Both the position numbers and the translations under genes were made by a program. Below, one piece after another: positions 1-11,492 of a stretch of DNA of 64,000 nucleotides. This DNA is from Rebecca billardiae RCC1528 (taxonomy: Eukaryota; Protista; Haptophyta), in contig OZ251224.1 of assembly GCA_965240325.2 (NCBI GenBank), forward strand, positions 1,550,001-1,614,000, written 5' to 3'. Position 1 is the stretch's first letter, and every line of letters begins with the position of its first letter. The notes beneath the pieces are model-generated. The model did no database searches. It was not told the origin of the DNA and saw nothing but the letters and a program-made list of their open reading frames with translations.

Positions 1-1656
1 ACCGACATTGGTGCCATGCTGCACGCGCCGCTCTGCAAGCATGGGAGCCGGGTGCAGCACGTGCTGGACGTGTGGGCGAATCACCACGAGCTATTTCGAC
101 CAGGGCACCTCGCCACGGCGATGTCCCAGCTCGGGCGCAGCAGGCGCCAATGGCCGCGCGAGGGACTCGATGCGGACGGCACGCGCAGAGTACGTGAGCT
201 GCTCGGCTCGACCGAGGCAGCGCTGCCGCGGCTGCGCTCGCGTCAGGTCGCCGCCGTGATGTACGCGGCGTCGGTGCTCCCCGATCGAAACGCGCGCACC
301 CTCGTCGGCCGCGCCGCCGACGCCATGGTCGAGCTCGCGCCGCGCGCGCCGCCGCAGGACCTTGCGGTGGCTGCGCTCGCGTGCGCCAAGGCGGACACGC
401 GCCACCTGCCGCTGCTCGAGGCGGTGGCGAGCGCGGCGTGCGGCGTGGCCGAGCGGCTCGACGCGCGGGACATCTCGAACCTGGCGTGGTCCTTCGCCAC
501 GCTCAACGTGCGCGACGAGGCCTTCTTCGCGCGCCTCGCCGACGCCGCGCCCTCAGCGCTCGCGAGGCCGGGCGCGTCCACGCAGGCGCTCGCCAACATT
601 GCGTGGGCGTACGCGCGCGCGGGCGTCGACGCGGCGGGGCTGTACGAGCAGATCGCGCGGCTCGCGACCGCGAGGCTGGACGAGCTACGGCCGCTTGAGA
701 TCCCGATGCTCCTCTGGGCGCTCGCCAAGGCCGGCCGCCCCGACAGCCGCCTCTTCGCCGCGTGCGTGCGGCGCGCGTCCGAGTTGCTCCCGCAGATGGC
801 GCCGCAGTCCATCTCGACACTCGTGTACGCGTACGCGGCGGGCGACGTGCGCTCGGAGGCGCTGCTGGGCGCTGTGGCGGCGCACGTGCCGGCGCGGCTG
901 CGGCACTTCGGCCCGCAGGCGCTCGTCAACCTCGCGTGGGGCCTGTGCGTCGCCAGCGTGTACCCGCGCGCGCTGCTGCAGACGATCGTCTCGCGCATCG
1001 ACGCGCTGCCCGTCACGCAGCACACGTCGATTGCGTATCTGATGCAGGTGGTGCAGCTGGACAACGCGCTGCGGCTGGAGGCGCCGACGCTGGGCGTGCG
1101 CGTGCACCCCGACGTGCTCGAGGCGTGCTTCGCGCGCACCGCCCTCGACGACCGCGAGCGCGGCCGCCACTCCGACGGCTCGTCCGACCTGCACTGGGAG
1201 GTGTCGGAGGCGCTCGGCCGGCTGCGCGTGCCGCACGAGAATGAGTACACGGTGCCGGAGGTGGGCTACTTCGTCGACATCGGGCTGCCCGAGCGGCGGC
1301 TGGTGATCGAGGTGAACGGCCCGCCGCACTACTTTGCGTACCGCGCGGCGCGCCCCGCGGGCACGCGCGCGAGCCGGGTGCGCGCGCGCACGGCCGACGC
1401 GGTCACGGTGGATGACGACGACGCCGCCTGGCCGCACGGCTCGCCGCCGAGCGCGCGCAAGACGATGAAGTACCGCCACCTGCGGCTGTCGGGCTGGCGC
1501 GTGCTCATCGTGCCGTTCTACGACTGGGCGCAGCTCAAAGGCGACCAGGCCGCGCAGGCCACGTACCTCGAGGAGCGCATCGCCGAAGCGACGACCAGAG
1601 ACGCCGACGAGCGCGCGCGCGCACGCGCCGTGCTGCCGCCGTTGCTGTGGGATTGA
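1..1656 (+). CDS. Helical-repeat (FAST/OPR-like) RNA-binding protein with C-terminal RAP domain; probably 5'-truncated by window edge
   Basis: Repeated motifs (ISNLAWSFA, LANIAWAYA, IPMLLWALA, LVNLAWGL) followed by the RAP signature VDIGLPERRLVIEVNGPPHY...MKYRHLRLSGWRVLIVPFYDW. The frame is open from base 1. Confidence 0.85.
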   Translation, partial: TDIGAMLHAPLCKHGSRVQHVLDVWANHHELFRPGHLATAMSQLGRSRRQWPREGLDADGTRRVRELLGSTEAALPRLRSRQVAAVMYAASVLPDRNARTLVGRAADAMVELAPRAPPQDLAVAALACAKADTRHLPLLEAVASAACGVAERLDARDISNLAWSFATLNVRDEAFFARLADAAPSALARPGASTQALANIAWAYARAGVDAAGLYEQIARLATARLDELRPLEIPMLLWALAKAGRPDSRLFAACVRRASELLPQMAPQSISTLVYAYAAGDVRSEALLGAVAAHVPARLRHFGPQALVNLAWGLCVASVYPRALLQTIVSRIDALPVTQHTSIAYLMQVVQLDNALRLEAPTLGVRVHPDVLEACFARTALDDRERGRHSDGSSDLHWEVSEALGRLRVPHENEYTVPEVGYFVDIGLPERRLVIEVNGPPHYFAYRAARPAGTRASRVRARTADAVTVDDDDAAWPHGSPPSARKTMKYRHLRLSGWRVLIVPFYDWAQLKGDQAAQATYLEERIAEATTRDADERARARAVLPPLLWD

Positions 1657-1712
1657 CAACGCAGGCCGGAAGTCATCGGTCAGCGTCGATCACAAAAAAA
1701 TCGTAGTTGGCG

Positions 1713-1767
1713 GGCGTCAATCTCGCCTGCCTGAGCTGTGTGCGTCTCTTATTCTTAGTAAACTGTA
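1713..1767 (+). repeat. Short dispersed element ending in TAGTAAACTGTA (copy 1)
   Basis: tctcgcctgcctgagctgtgtgcgtctcttattcttagtaaactgta recurs as the reverse complement at 2833-2883 and 43444-43490. Confidence 0.85.
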
Positions 1768-1845
1768 GTCGTCATAATCGACTGCTGTGAGTGCTGTCCC
1801 GCGGATTCTCGCGGCCAACGAGAATCTGAACCTCGCGGCCGATCA

Positions 1846-2634
1846 ATGACGCTCCGCGTGCCGATTGCTCTCGCCGGCGCGAGCGGCGGTCTCGCTCTGC
1901 TGTGGTGGTGGAGGAGGCGCGCAGATCGTGTGAGCGTGCAGGGTACCAATCAGGAGAGCTCTGCTGTCCCTCGATCAGTACCCTCGGCTACCAACGCCGC
2001 GCAGCCCGAGACTGCGCCCATCGCCAGCGAGTGCGCGGCTGAGGCCTTCCCACCGCTACTCACCATCCTCTACGACGAAGGGCTAGCTGCAGACCTCGCG
2101 GAGGCGCTTGTGAACTCACCCACGCGTCCAAAAGGTATCGAGCTTCTTCCTCGCCCCATCGCTGAGTTCAAGAAGATCGAGTGGAGCGGTGGCGGCCGGC
2201 ACGCGGTCGCATTCATTATTTCGACGCTCGAAAACGAGCAGCCTAGCGAGTCGGCAGGGGCGTGCGTGCGCTTCTTCCACAGGCGAGCACACCCGGCAGA
2301 CATGCTCAGCGGTGGACGCCTCCGCTTCGCCGTGCTGGGCCTCGGCGACTCGAACCTGCTGCTCGACCGGCAGACAACTACCGCCAAGGACTGCAACCAG
2401 GTCGCTCAGCGGCTGGACCGCCGCCTCGAGGAGCTCGGTGCCACACGCTTCTGCCCGCGCGGGGAGGCGGACGAGCGCACGGACAACACGGAGATCGAGC
2501 TGTGGCTGCGCACTTTCGAGGCGGCGCTCGCGCGCCAGGTAGCGCCGCGCAGCGCGGCCGATGCTGCACCGCCATCATGCCCGTGCTGCAACCTGGCCAA
2601 CCGCCCACGCATCCGACTCCGTCCATCGCGCTGA
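1846..2634 (+). CDS. Flavodoxin-like (CPR/MTRR FMN-domain-like) protein with N-terminal membrane anchor
   Basis: RFAVLGLGDSN, LDRRLEELGATRFCPRGEADE and AFIISTLENEQPS motifs; hydrophobic N-terminus IALAGASGGLALLWWW followed by RRR. Confidence 0.8.
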   Translation: MTLRVPIALAGASGGLALLWWWRRRADRVSVQGTNQESSAVPRSVPSATNAAQPETAPIASECAAEAFPPLLTILYDEGLAADLAEALVNSPTRPKGIELLPRPIAEFKKIEWSGGGRHAVAFIISTLENEQPSESAGACVRFFHRRAHPADMLSGGRLRFAVLGLGDSNLLLDRQTTTAKDCNQVAQRLDRRLEELGATRFCPRGEADERTDNTEIELWLRTFEAALARQVAPRSAADAAPPSCPCCNLANRPRIRLRPSR

Positions 2635-2832
2635 GACTGCGCGGTGATGGTGACGGAGCGATCGGATTGGCCTCGTCGGCGGTGGTGCGAAATTGTGTCA
2701 GCGCCGCGTGAGCAGCAATGTCGTCTGGCATCATGCTCACGCTGTGGCTGTGCCTCGGCGCCTTATAGTTATAAATACGTGCGCCTTTAGATACTGCTAT
2801 GCATGGCCATTATTCAGTACTGATGCGCGTCT

Positions 2833-2892
2833 TACAGTTTATTATTACTAAGAATAAGAGACGCACACAGCTCAGGCAGGCGACAGTTATAC
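2833..2892 (-). repeat. Short dispersed element ending in GTAAACTGTA (copy 2)
   Basis: Reverse complement of the 1723-1767 core, with a small insertion in the tail and a degenerate gtataactg at its 5' side. Confidence 0.8.
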
Positions 2893-3611
2893 ACCATCTG
2901 CGTCCATCACCGAGTCCATCACTCATTGACTACGCATCATATTATTAGTAGTAATAATAATCGTCAATGTTATTAGCCAGTTAACTCGTCATCATCAATG
3001 GTGGACGTGGGCGTGGCACTGCGTCTGCTGCAGCAATGAGCAAGCCTAGCGCATTTTTAATATATAAAGAATGGCAGCAGCTGTGGCAGGCGCGCCCGCG
3101 CATGCGCAAGACGACCGCAGTCCCGAGTCCGCATCGATCTTGGCATCTTATTAATATTCTGTCGTCACACGAATAATATATGCGTGCGCGCTGTATGTAT
3201 CATAGCTCGTCGGACGATGCCAACCAAACGACGCACACGGCCTGACGCGTCACGCCAGAGTCACACACACCGCCGCGCGGCCCGTGAGACCCGTGAGACT
3301 CCGCCCTCCGGGTCTGTCTCAGTCTGTGTGAGTCACTCTGTGAGTGAGTGTGACTGACTCGGAGACCGACTCCGAGTATAGGTCCGCGATTGACATTCTC
3401 CGAAGACGACCGACTCGACAGCGGACAGACGGACTGTCAGACGACAGAGTCGACAGACGTGAGAAATTGATGACTGTCATTCATGCAGCATCTGCTGCAG
3501 TCGTATATCATGATGATAAGTCATCAGCAAGTGTCCCTTATAAGTGTCAAGCTCTAAGACTCACTATACTGTTACCTCGAGTGCGGAGTCGGTCATCATT
3601 ATTATCAATTC

Positions 3612-4925
3612 ATGACCGCGTTCCGCGGTCCTTTTCTGCATAGAATCAACGCAGTTGGGGGCCCGCGGTGGCCGTGCAATCGCGGCTCTCCGCCGTAGTG
3701 GCAGTTCGCCAGTTGAAGTCGGTTCTGAGATGACTGAAGCTATATTAGTCCGACCGTCGCCCTGCCTGCGCGACCGCGAGACTCATTCACACTTCACACA
3801 ATCACAGCAGCGGACCTGAGACCGCACCCGGCACCGGTCGTCAAATCGGACGTCCGTCTGACAACTAGCTGCCAAATGTCCAACTGGCTGATCAGCTCGG
3901 ATCCGACCCGTCCGCGATCGTGCCATCGGCATCGGAATTACTACTAGTAGCTGCCAAACTGTTACTGTGTCCAACTCTGGCTGATCACAGATCAGCTCGG
4001 ATCCGACCCGTCCGCGATCGTGCCGAGTGAGTCGTGCCGCGGAGCTCGGAGTACTGAAGGAGTCGGGTGTGACAGCAGGGTGCTTTAGCGCTGCGGCCCG
4101 TGCCAGCCAACGACCAGACGTACTCTGGCCACTTGACCCGTTGCACGGGTGAGTGACCGTACAGTACGCCCTGCCTAGTGCCTACCGCGCGCGCCGCGCG
4201 ACCGGCGACTCGGGGTGATGGAGAGCGGATGGCGACAGCAGCAGCAGTCCTCATGAAGACGATGAAACTGGCGGCACGGGTGCACGAGGTGGCAGGCGAA
4301 AGCGCGCCGACGAGACCGCATTTGACACACCTGAGCCGCACGCGCGTGCCGTCACGCCGAGCGGCGAGCGCTGCAAACGCGCAACCGTACCGCGCGCGCC
4401 ACGACGGCGCGGCACTAGCTGATGCAGGCCGTACTGCCGGCACTGCTTCTGCGATCATGCGCCACGGTCGCAGCTGACTGCATGAGCAGCAAGCGGGAGG
4501 CGGGTCCGGAGGCACGTGCAGGCGCCGTCCCGCATATCCGCCGCATCGCCCATCGTGCCGGGGCACGTCACCTCCGACGATCCGGATGTGGCCCAGTCCG
4601 GACGTCACGCGATCCGGGAAGACGAGTACGATTCGCTCGTAACGAACCGTTACACTAATGTCACGTCCAGCTGACGTCCAGATCGCACTTTACTTAAGGG
4701 AATCAGCTGGGCGCGGTTTTTTTTGGCCTGATAGACCTCTCAATGCGATCTCAAAAACTCGAAACTCGGTCTCCGCCAGCCCTAAAAATCGCCCCCCGTC
4801 CCTTTTTTTCCGCCGCCCCCCGTCCCTTTTTTCTTGATGATCAATAAAGATCTTTTTGAAACGTGGTTCGGGCCCGCTGGTGCGGGCTCCACGCTGCGCG
4901 CTCCGCCCTGCACCGCGGGCCATAA
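3612..4925 (-). mobile_element. Non-autonomous Helentron/HINE-like element, copy A
   Basis: Near-identical copy at 14372-15676. The minus strand starts TTATGGCCCGCGGTG; there is an 11-bp subterminal inverted repeat (4911-4921 vs 3660-3670) and a terminal hairpin GACCGCG-ttc-CGCGGTC (3614-3630). No TSD or transposase ORF seen. Confidence 0.7.
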
Positions 4926-5312
4926 TTATCAGCAGCATTTAATCATTCACTGACGGTCGAACATAGCATCAGTTCGGACGACCCTGGCTGCCACCGGGTC
5001 CGGTAACTCGAGAGTGCGGGCTGATAATGTTGGGACCGTGAATCGTGATGGCCGTGATGCCCGGCGGCGGCTGGGCCGGCTGCCAGAAGTTGGCGCGTGT
5101 TCAGAATGTTCAAGCCGCCTTAGCCCTGGTTGATGAGTCGCCCCGCCGCCGGGCCACAACCAAGACCTTCGCCACTGCGGATGGCAGCCAAGGCGCGTCT
5201 GAGTAGCAGCAAAGCCAGTCGAGCACTGCGCGCGCGGAGCTCCTGGCCGAGGCACAGCAGCCTCAGTTGATGGCCGAGCAACGCCCTTGCCTGCGCTTAC
5301 CTGCAAGACGAG

Positions 5313-6863
5313 TCAGTAGTACTGATTCGGCGCGACCCCTTCATAGCGGATGCGGTACTCCGGGTAGGCCTGCGCGTTGTCGAAGACGCATATCATGTAG
5401 CCCGGGACGCTGCCCGGCGCTTGCCCCTTGGCCGAGTGCGTGCCCACGTCAGGCCGCCGCTGGTTCGCGACGCCCTTGCCCGTGTCGCCGACGACGACGC
5501 GGCACAGCAGCATGTAGCGCCCGTTGTCCGGCGTGTAGCACGCGCCCGCTTGCTGCACGACCTGCGGGTAGACGGCCGCCATGCCGGGGTTGTCGCGGAG
5601 CCACTGGCCGAGCTGCTGCTGGTACGCGTGCCAGTCGGTGCGCGAGGCCCTGCTCTTGCCCTTTCCCTTGCCCCTGCTTCTGGCCGCGTGAGACGTGGGC
5701 GGCGGTGGCGGCCTCGGGATGTGCGCGCCGTAGCCGTACGCGCCTCTCGCGCGGTTCTGCGTCTCGTGATCGTGCGCAGAGCGCGCGCTGTAGTCGTCCG
5801 AGTACCGGCTCTTCTCCGCGAAGTAGACGCCGGCGCCGAGCGCGCCACTGAGGTTCGAGACGCGCACGTCGAAGCCGGTCTCGACGATCGTGCGGATCAC
5901 GCTCGAAGCTGCGCCGTGAAAAAGGTAGCGCTCGTCTGCGACGGCGCAAAGCTCGGTCGAATCGCGCGCGGGCGTGCCGTGCCGCTCGCGCGCGACCTCG
6001 GTCTTGCGCTGCCAGTACTTGCGCCAGAGCGCATGGTTCTCGATGCGCTCGACGCTGCGCACGCGATCGCGCGCGATGCCGCCGCTGACCCAGACAGACA
6101 GCACCTTCTCCGCCTCCTGCATGCGCGAGATCGCGCCGCGGAGGCGCGCAGCAGGTCACGCGTGCGCGCACCACGCATTCACGCACAGCGCGCCCCCAGC
6201 GACGCGCCGCGCGTGTTGGGCGCGCACCGCTGAGTTCAGATCAATAGGCACGCCTTGGTAGCCGCTCGGTCCGACCCCCGGCGAGTCCTGCTTCGTCTGC
6301 CAGTACGCGGGGATCGGTGCGGCCAGCTGCTCGTGGAGGCGCTTGATGCGCTCGAGCTCGCGCTGCAGCTGGCGGTTCTGCGCCTTGAGGGACGGCTGGA
6401 TGCGCTGAGCCTCCGCGCTGGTGAGGACCAGGACATCCGGGTCGGCAGCAGCGTCGCCCGAACAGCCTGAGCCGTCGGGCCTGCCGCCCTGCCGCTGTTC
6501 ATCCGGCTCATCACTCTTCCGCGCGCGCTTGCTTGCCGGCGGCGAGAGGACTTGCAGATCGGGGTCTGCCGCAAGCGCGCCGTCGATGTGGTCTGTCTGA
6601 GAGTCGTCGAGCGAGAGTACCTCCCGATCCTGTGCAGCCGCGTCCGCCGGGACGTGCAACGCCACGTCAGCCATTCGTAGCAAGCGCCGCCCATTGGTTT
6701 GGCCCCCCTCGTTCTCGTCATCGTCCAGCACGACCACCTCGACGTCAGGGTCGCTCACGGCCGCGCTGACGGACGAGCACCTGCGTGCCGCCTTCGGGCG
6801 CTGCGGCGCCGCGCCTGAGAGCTCGGCGGTCAGATCGACGAGCACAGGCTCGCTCTCAGCCAT
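5313..6863 (-). CDS. PARP-family mono-ADP-ribosyltransferase-like protein with N-terminal SIM-like motifs (exons 6863-6228, 6116-5313)
   Basis: YLFHG, GAGVYFA..SRYSDDY, MLLCRVVVG and VFDNAQAYPEY motifs. A phase-0 GT-AG intron at 6227-6117 joins the two ORFs in frame. Confidence 0.85.
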
Positions 6864-9050
6864 GGTCGGCGTTCAAGTGAGCCCTCCTGCGCCTTGGGCG
6901 ACCTGCGCGCCGACGCGATGACGGTTGTCACTGCTGCTCACCACTGTCTTCGATCAACTCGGCGCAAGTCCGGCCTCGTTGCTTCGTCCTACAAGTACGG
7001 TGAGCAGCTCTCAACCAAGACGATTGACGATTCATCACGATTGTGATTTGTCCCCGTACCTGCTGGACAGATGCTCACTCCGGACCCCGGTGTGCCGTGT
7101 GGCACGTCGAATCAGTTACAATACTGTAGAGACATAGAGTCAGCGTGATGATTGATGATCGCCCTGGTAACCGGCAGCGCCAGCAGGCTGAGACTAACTG
7201 AGACCGACTGCCCCAGGCCGGGGCGTCCTGCCGTACTTATATAATGTCGTTATGTGACATGCGTAATGCTGTGACACGGATCGGCCAGTGCCAATGTGTT
7301 GACTTGACTGTTCACATTTGCGGAACCAGCCTGACTGCGCCCCCGACTCCGCACTGCCAGTGGCATTGTGATCCGACTACTGTGAGTTCGAATGTGCACA
7401 ATTCTCCACTCTAAGCAGTTACTAGTTAGAACTAACGTGACTGACTGTACGCTCGCAGTGCAGCCTGCCGTCCCGAGTGGCACTCAGTTGCAGTTGCTAT
7501 TAGCTAATGCTAGACGAGTCGTCAGTCGTCACTGATGCCACTGGGTGACCGACACAGTGCCGTGACTATCCGAGTGACACTCGTGCAGCTAGTAATTCTG
7601 CAGTTGTTCAATTCTGGGTGACAGTAGTTAGCCGTTACGTTTAGATGGCCCTTGTTGAGGCTTGACTCGGTGAGTCGGTCCATGGCCAGTCAGCAGCCAG
7701 CTTCCCAGCTCGGCACTGGCAGAGCACGAACTCGTGCACTGACTGACTGACCGTGCAGTGACCCGTGACGGTCTGCCGTCCGTGCGTCGGGGAGTCAGTC
7801 ACGTGACAGGTCAGATTGATCGATTACCCGTCGGCCGTCCGCGGCGCCGGCTTCACGCCGCTACTCAGATTAATTGACACCGAGACACGCCGCGTACACT
7901 ACTCTCTAATCTCCGACGTATAGTACGGACCGTATAGTACCCGGCATCGGTATGCTTAATTTATGCTACCCGCCTACCGTCGATGCTCAGATTGATTCGG
8001 ATGCTGACAATAACGAATCATATTATATATAATAATTGATGATGACTACTGAATCGAGTTCAATTTTCAGCATTTGCTGCTGAATGCTGATGACATCTGA
8101 TCCTGAATCTGATGATGAAGCGGCTGCGGCACTGAGGCGCTGAACATCGACGATCGTCACCGCGTATCGCCAGTCTCGGATGACGTGCTCATGTTTCATG
8201 CTTCATCGGCGCGTTGACGATGAAGCCGTGAGCGGGGGTGTGCACGAGGCCAATCAGCAGCCGCGCGTCTGAGCCCATGCCTCCTCAGAAACGGGGCTGT
8301 GGGACCGCCAGGAAGGCGCACGTGCGCACATGAAGGGAGGGGGTCATTGAGGTAAGCGGATGGCAGCGCGGGTGCTCTGCAGCTGCACAGTAAGTGGGTA
8401 GTGCCCTCGGTGCGACAAATGACAGCAGTGTAGAGCTCAGAACAGGTCTGTGTGAAGCTTTCCTCGTCATGGGGCAGGCCGTGCTCGCTGAGCCCCCGCG
8501 CAAGACGCCTCACCTGCTTACACCCCCCGTGAGGGCGACATCTTCGAAAGGCACCTGCATTGTCGGCGCGCAGGCATGTGATTAGGCGCGTGAGTCCCGG
8601 AGCAATAGCGCGGGTGCGGTGCTGGGCGAGTTGCGGAAGTGGACATTCCTCCTAGCCCATCACTCCGGGTGCTCAGAGATAGAACAATGGACAATTCGCT
8701 CAGATATGGTTTCGCGAAGGGGAATCCGTTCTCCTCATCAGCGCACCACGCAATGGCTGCCAAACCCTGGGCTCGGTCGAGTTGTATGGCATCAAAGCAA
8801 TTATCAGTAAAGATTAAGCCTTGAAATCTCTCGTCACCGCCCGCAGCTTCCCGGTGCCCGGCCCAGCACTCCCCGCGCGGACAGCGGTGACGTGCGACGT
8901 CGCCTCCAGCCATACCTCACGTGTGCGGCGGCACGGTCCTGCTTCACGAGCGACCGGACGAAAGCAGCCTCCGGAGTGGCGGAGTCCGGCCGGGGCGGTG
9001 TCGTACGAGTCGGTGGGCGCCTGGGCGGCGGCGGCGGCATCGGCGCCCGT

Positions 9051-10880
9051 ATGGCGGACGCCACGGATGGCGACGGCTCAGCCACGCCGAGCGAGATGGC
9101 GCCAGCGAGCCGTCCTTCAGTCCTCGAGTCTTCAGACACGTTGATACCCCAAGAGCCAGGCGCCGATCCCGCGCCGAAGGACATCAGTGCGGAGGCAGCC
9201 GGAGCAGAGGGCGACAATGTCGCACTCGTGACGCCAGCTGAGGGCGCGCCCGCTGTCGCTTCTCCAGCTACACCAGACGGGCTTCTCCCCAGCGAGCCGG
9301 CGTCCGATTGGCCTGTTCCAAACGCCGCATCGCCAGCGGGCGACCCTCCTGGCGAGCCGAGCACCGCTGCCGTTCCGGACCTCTCGGCGCTCACAGACGC
9401 CTGTGCCTCGGTGGACTCCCCAGCAGGAGCCGATGAGCGCGTCTCCCCGCACGCGACGCCAGTGGGAAACGAGGAGGCGCTTCAGGCCGCCCCGGAGGCA
9501 GCCAGAGAAGGCGAGCGCGCACCGCAGCCTGCTGCGGAGGCGTCCGCACTCGAGCCTGCCGCGGCCGCCGACGCATCTTCTCCGAAGGAGCACGCGCGCC
9601 AGCACGCCGCCCAGACGGCCGCGGCGGACGCGTCTGCGTCCCAGCCTGCACCCGGGCCAGCTGGGGCCGACGAGGACACGCCGGCGCGCGTCGCACTTGA
9701 TGAGCCCGGGCCGCAGCCCGCCGCCAAGCCGCCAACGCCGGCCAGACTCACCAAGCAGGCCGCTGCCGCCAAGCCCTCCGCGGGGCTCGGTGACGGCGAG
9801 TGGCTGGCGTGCCCGCATGTCGACGTCGCCTGCTGCGACGAGCTGAGCGGCCGGCTCCTTCACTGCCTCGCGTGCCAGATCGTGATGCGCTCGCTCTCAC
9901 CCGAGGCCGCGATCGCGGAGCTGCGCAAGTCCGTGCTGCCGGCCGAGTCTGGCAAGCACGAGACGCGCGGCCCGTTCGGGCTCGCTGAGCCGATCCCATT
10001 CGGGATGGAGCTGCTGCGCACGCGCATCGAGCGCGCGCAGAGCAAGAAGAGTCTCGGCGGGATGCTGGCGCACACGTTCACCAAGGACCAGCTCGCGCAG
10101 CGCGTGACCGCCAAGCAGCACGAGCTCGACCAGGGCGGCCTCTTCACCAAGGAGCTGCGCGACAGCCTCGCCAAGATCCTCGTGCGGCACTACGACCTCA
10201 CGTTTGAGAACCACTGCTCGATGAACTTGACGGGCGCGTCGCCGGAGGAGATCGAGCGGCACAAGGCGGGCTGCCAGTTCCGAACCGTCGCGTGCGAGCA
10301 CACGGGCTGCGGCGTGCTCATGTCCGCGCACCGGCTCGCGCAGCACGACCACGAGTGCGAGCACAAGCGCGTGCCGTGCACGCGCGGCTGCGGGGATCTT
10401 GTGCCGCGCTGCGCCATGCTGCAGCACGTCGAAGGGTCGTGCACGAAGAAGCCCGTCGTCTGCCCCTTCTCGTCGGTCGGCTGCACGGTGGACTGCACGC
10501 AGGGCGAGCTGCGCGCGCACCTGGCCGCGGAGACGCAGCAGCACCTCTGGCTCGCCGTCGCTCGCATCGGCGCGCAGCAGCAGCTGATCGAACAGCTGAG
10601 GAAGGACGTGGCCGACTCGCGAGAGCGCGCCAAGGCCGCGTCAGACGAGTCGCTCGCGCTGAAGAAGCTCGTCGAGTCGATGCGCAAGGAGCATGACACG
10701 ATGCTCAAGCAGCACAAGGCCACCGAGGCGCACGTCAAGCGCACGGAGGAGCGGCTGACCAAGCTGAGCCACGCGCAGGGCTCGGGCGAGCGCGAGCTCA
10801 AGGCGGCGGTAAACAAGCTTGTGGGCGACCACTTGCAGCTCAAGGGGACCGTCGAGGCGACCCTCAACCGCGAGCGATGA
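9051..10880 (+). CDS. TRAF-type zinc finger protein with low-complexity N-terminus and C-terminal coiled coil
   Basis: Tandem motifs HKAGCQFRTVACEHTGC..HDHECEHKRVPCTRGC..HVEGSCTKKPVVCPFSSVGC; first ATG at 9051. Confidence 0.8.
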   Translation: MADATDGDGSATPSEMAPASRPSVLESSDTLIPQEPGADPAPKDISAEAAGAEGDNVALVTPAEGAPAVASPATPDGLLPSEPASDWPVPNAASPAGDPPGEPSTAAVPDLSALTDACASVDSPAGADERVSPHATPVGNEEALQAAPEAAREGERAPQPAAEASALEPAAAADASSPKEHARQHAAQTAAADASASQPAPGPAGADEDTPARVALDEPGPQPAAKPPTPARLTKQAAAAKPSAGLGDGEWLACPHVDVACCDELSGRLLHCLACQIVMRSLSPEAAIAELRKSVLPAESGKHETRGPFGLAEPIPFGMELLRTRIERAQSKKSLGGMLAHTFTKDQLAQRVTAKQHELDQGGLFTKELRDSLAKILVRHYDLTFENHCSMNLTGASPEEIERHKAGCQFRTVACEHTGCGVLMSAHRLAQHDHECEHKRVPCTRGCGDLVPRCAMLQHVEGSCTKKPVVCPFSSVGCTVDCTQGELRAHLAAETQQHLWLAVARIGAQQQLIEQLRKDVADSRERAKAASDESLALKKLVESMRKEHDTMLKQHKATEAHVKRTEERLTKLSHAQGSGERELKAAVNKLVGDHLQLKGTVEATLNRER

Positions 10881-11492
10881 TCAGGACTTTGCCGCATCGT
10901 GCTGGCGAAGGCGCGCGTACGTCAGAGTCGCCCGGCTGCGGGCATCCTGACGAGCGACGGTGGCCCGAAAGAACGGCGTCACAGGCTGGCGTCGTCGCCG
11001 CCCGTGAAGCCCGACGGTGAAGCCCACCGGTGACTAGCTGCTCTGATATCACTGCTCAGAATTGATGCTGACTACGCCAGTTACATCACTAGGACTGTCT
11101 AGTACGTATACTCGACTCGTAGCTAGTAGTGGCCGCGGACGTACTGTACGGGCGGCCTACCGGATCACCGCGGTCAGTTTGAATGAGTTTCAACTGCCAA
11201 TTATTAATGATGATGCTGTCGAATCGGTTCCGCCAGAGTATAGGCGTCGTAATATACGCAGCGCAGTGAGCAGACGCAGTTGTCGTCAGCCAATCAGGCG
11301 GTCGCGTTCGAAGATTCTGCTTAACTCTGATAGCAGTCGTCGCGTAGTTATATCAGTGTCCTGTGACCGGCGGACCGTAGCCAGCTACTCGGGGCCGAAC
11401 CCGTATTCGGAGTAGCAGCGACAATCGCGCGGCATCGTCAGTGCCGCTGGTAGAGTCCGAGATGAAGTGATGCTGCCATCGGAGTCAGCATA

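Noticed and set aside
1713-1767. Spliced-leader relic interpretation of the short repeat
   Set aside because: Copies are mostly near gene 3' ends in either orientation and do not match an SL sequence I recognise.
8196-8913. Minus-strand ORF fragments upstream of the TRAF gene, possibly a multi-exon gene
   Set aside because: No recognisable domain, and a consistent splice model could not be established by eye.
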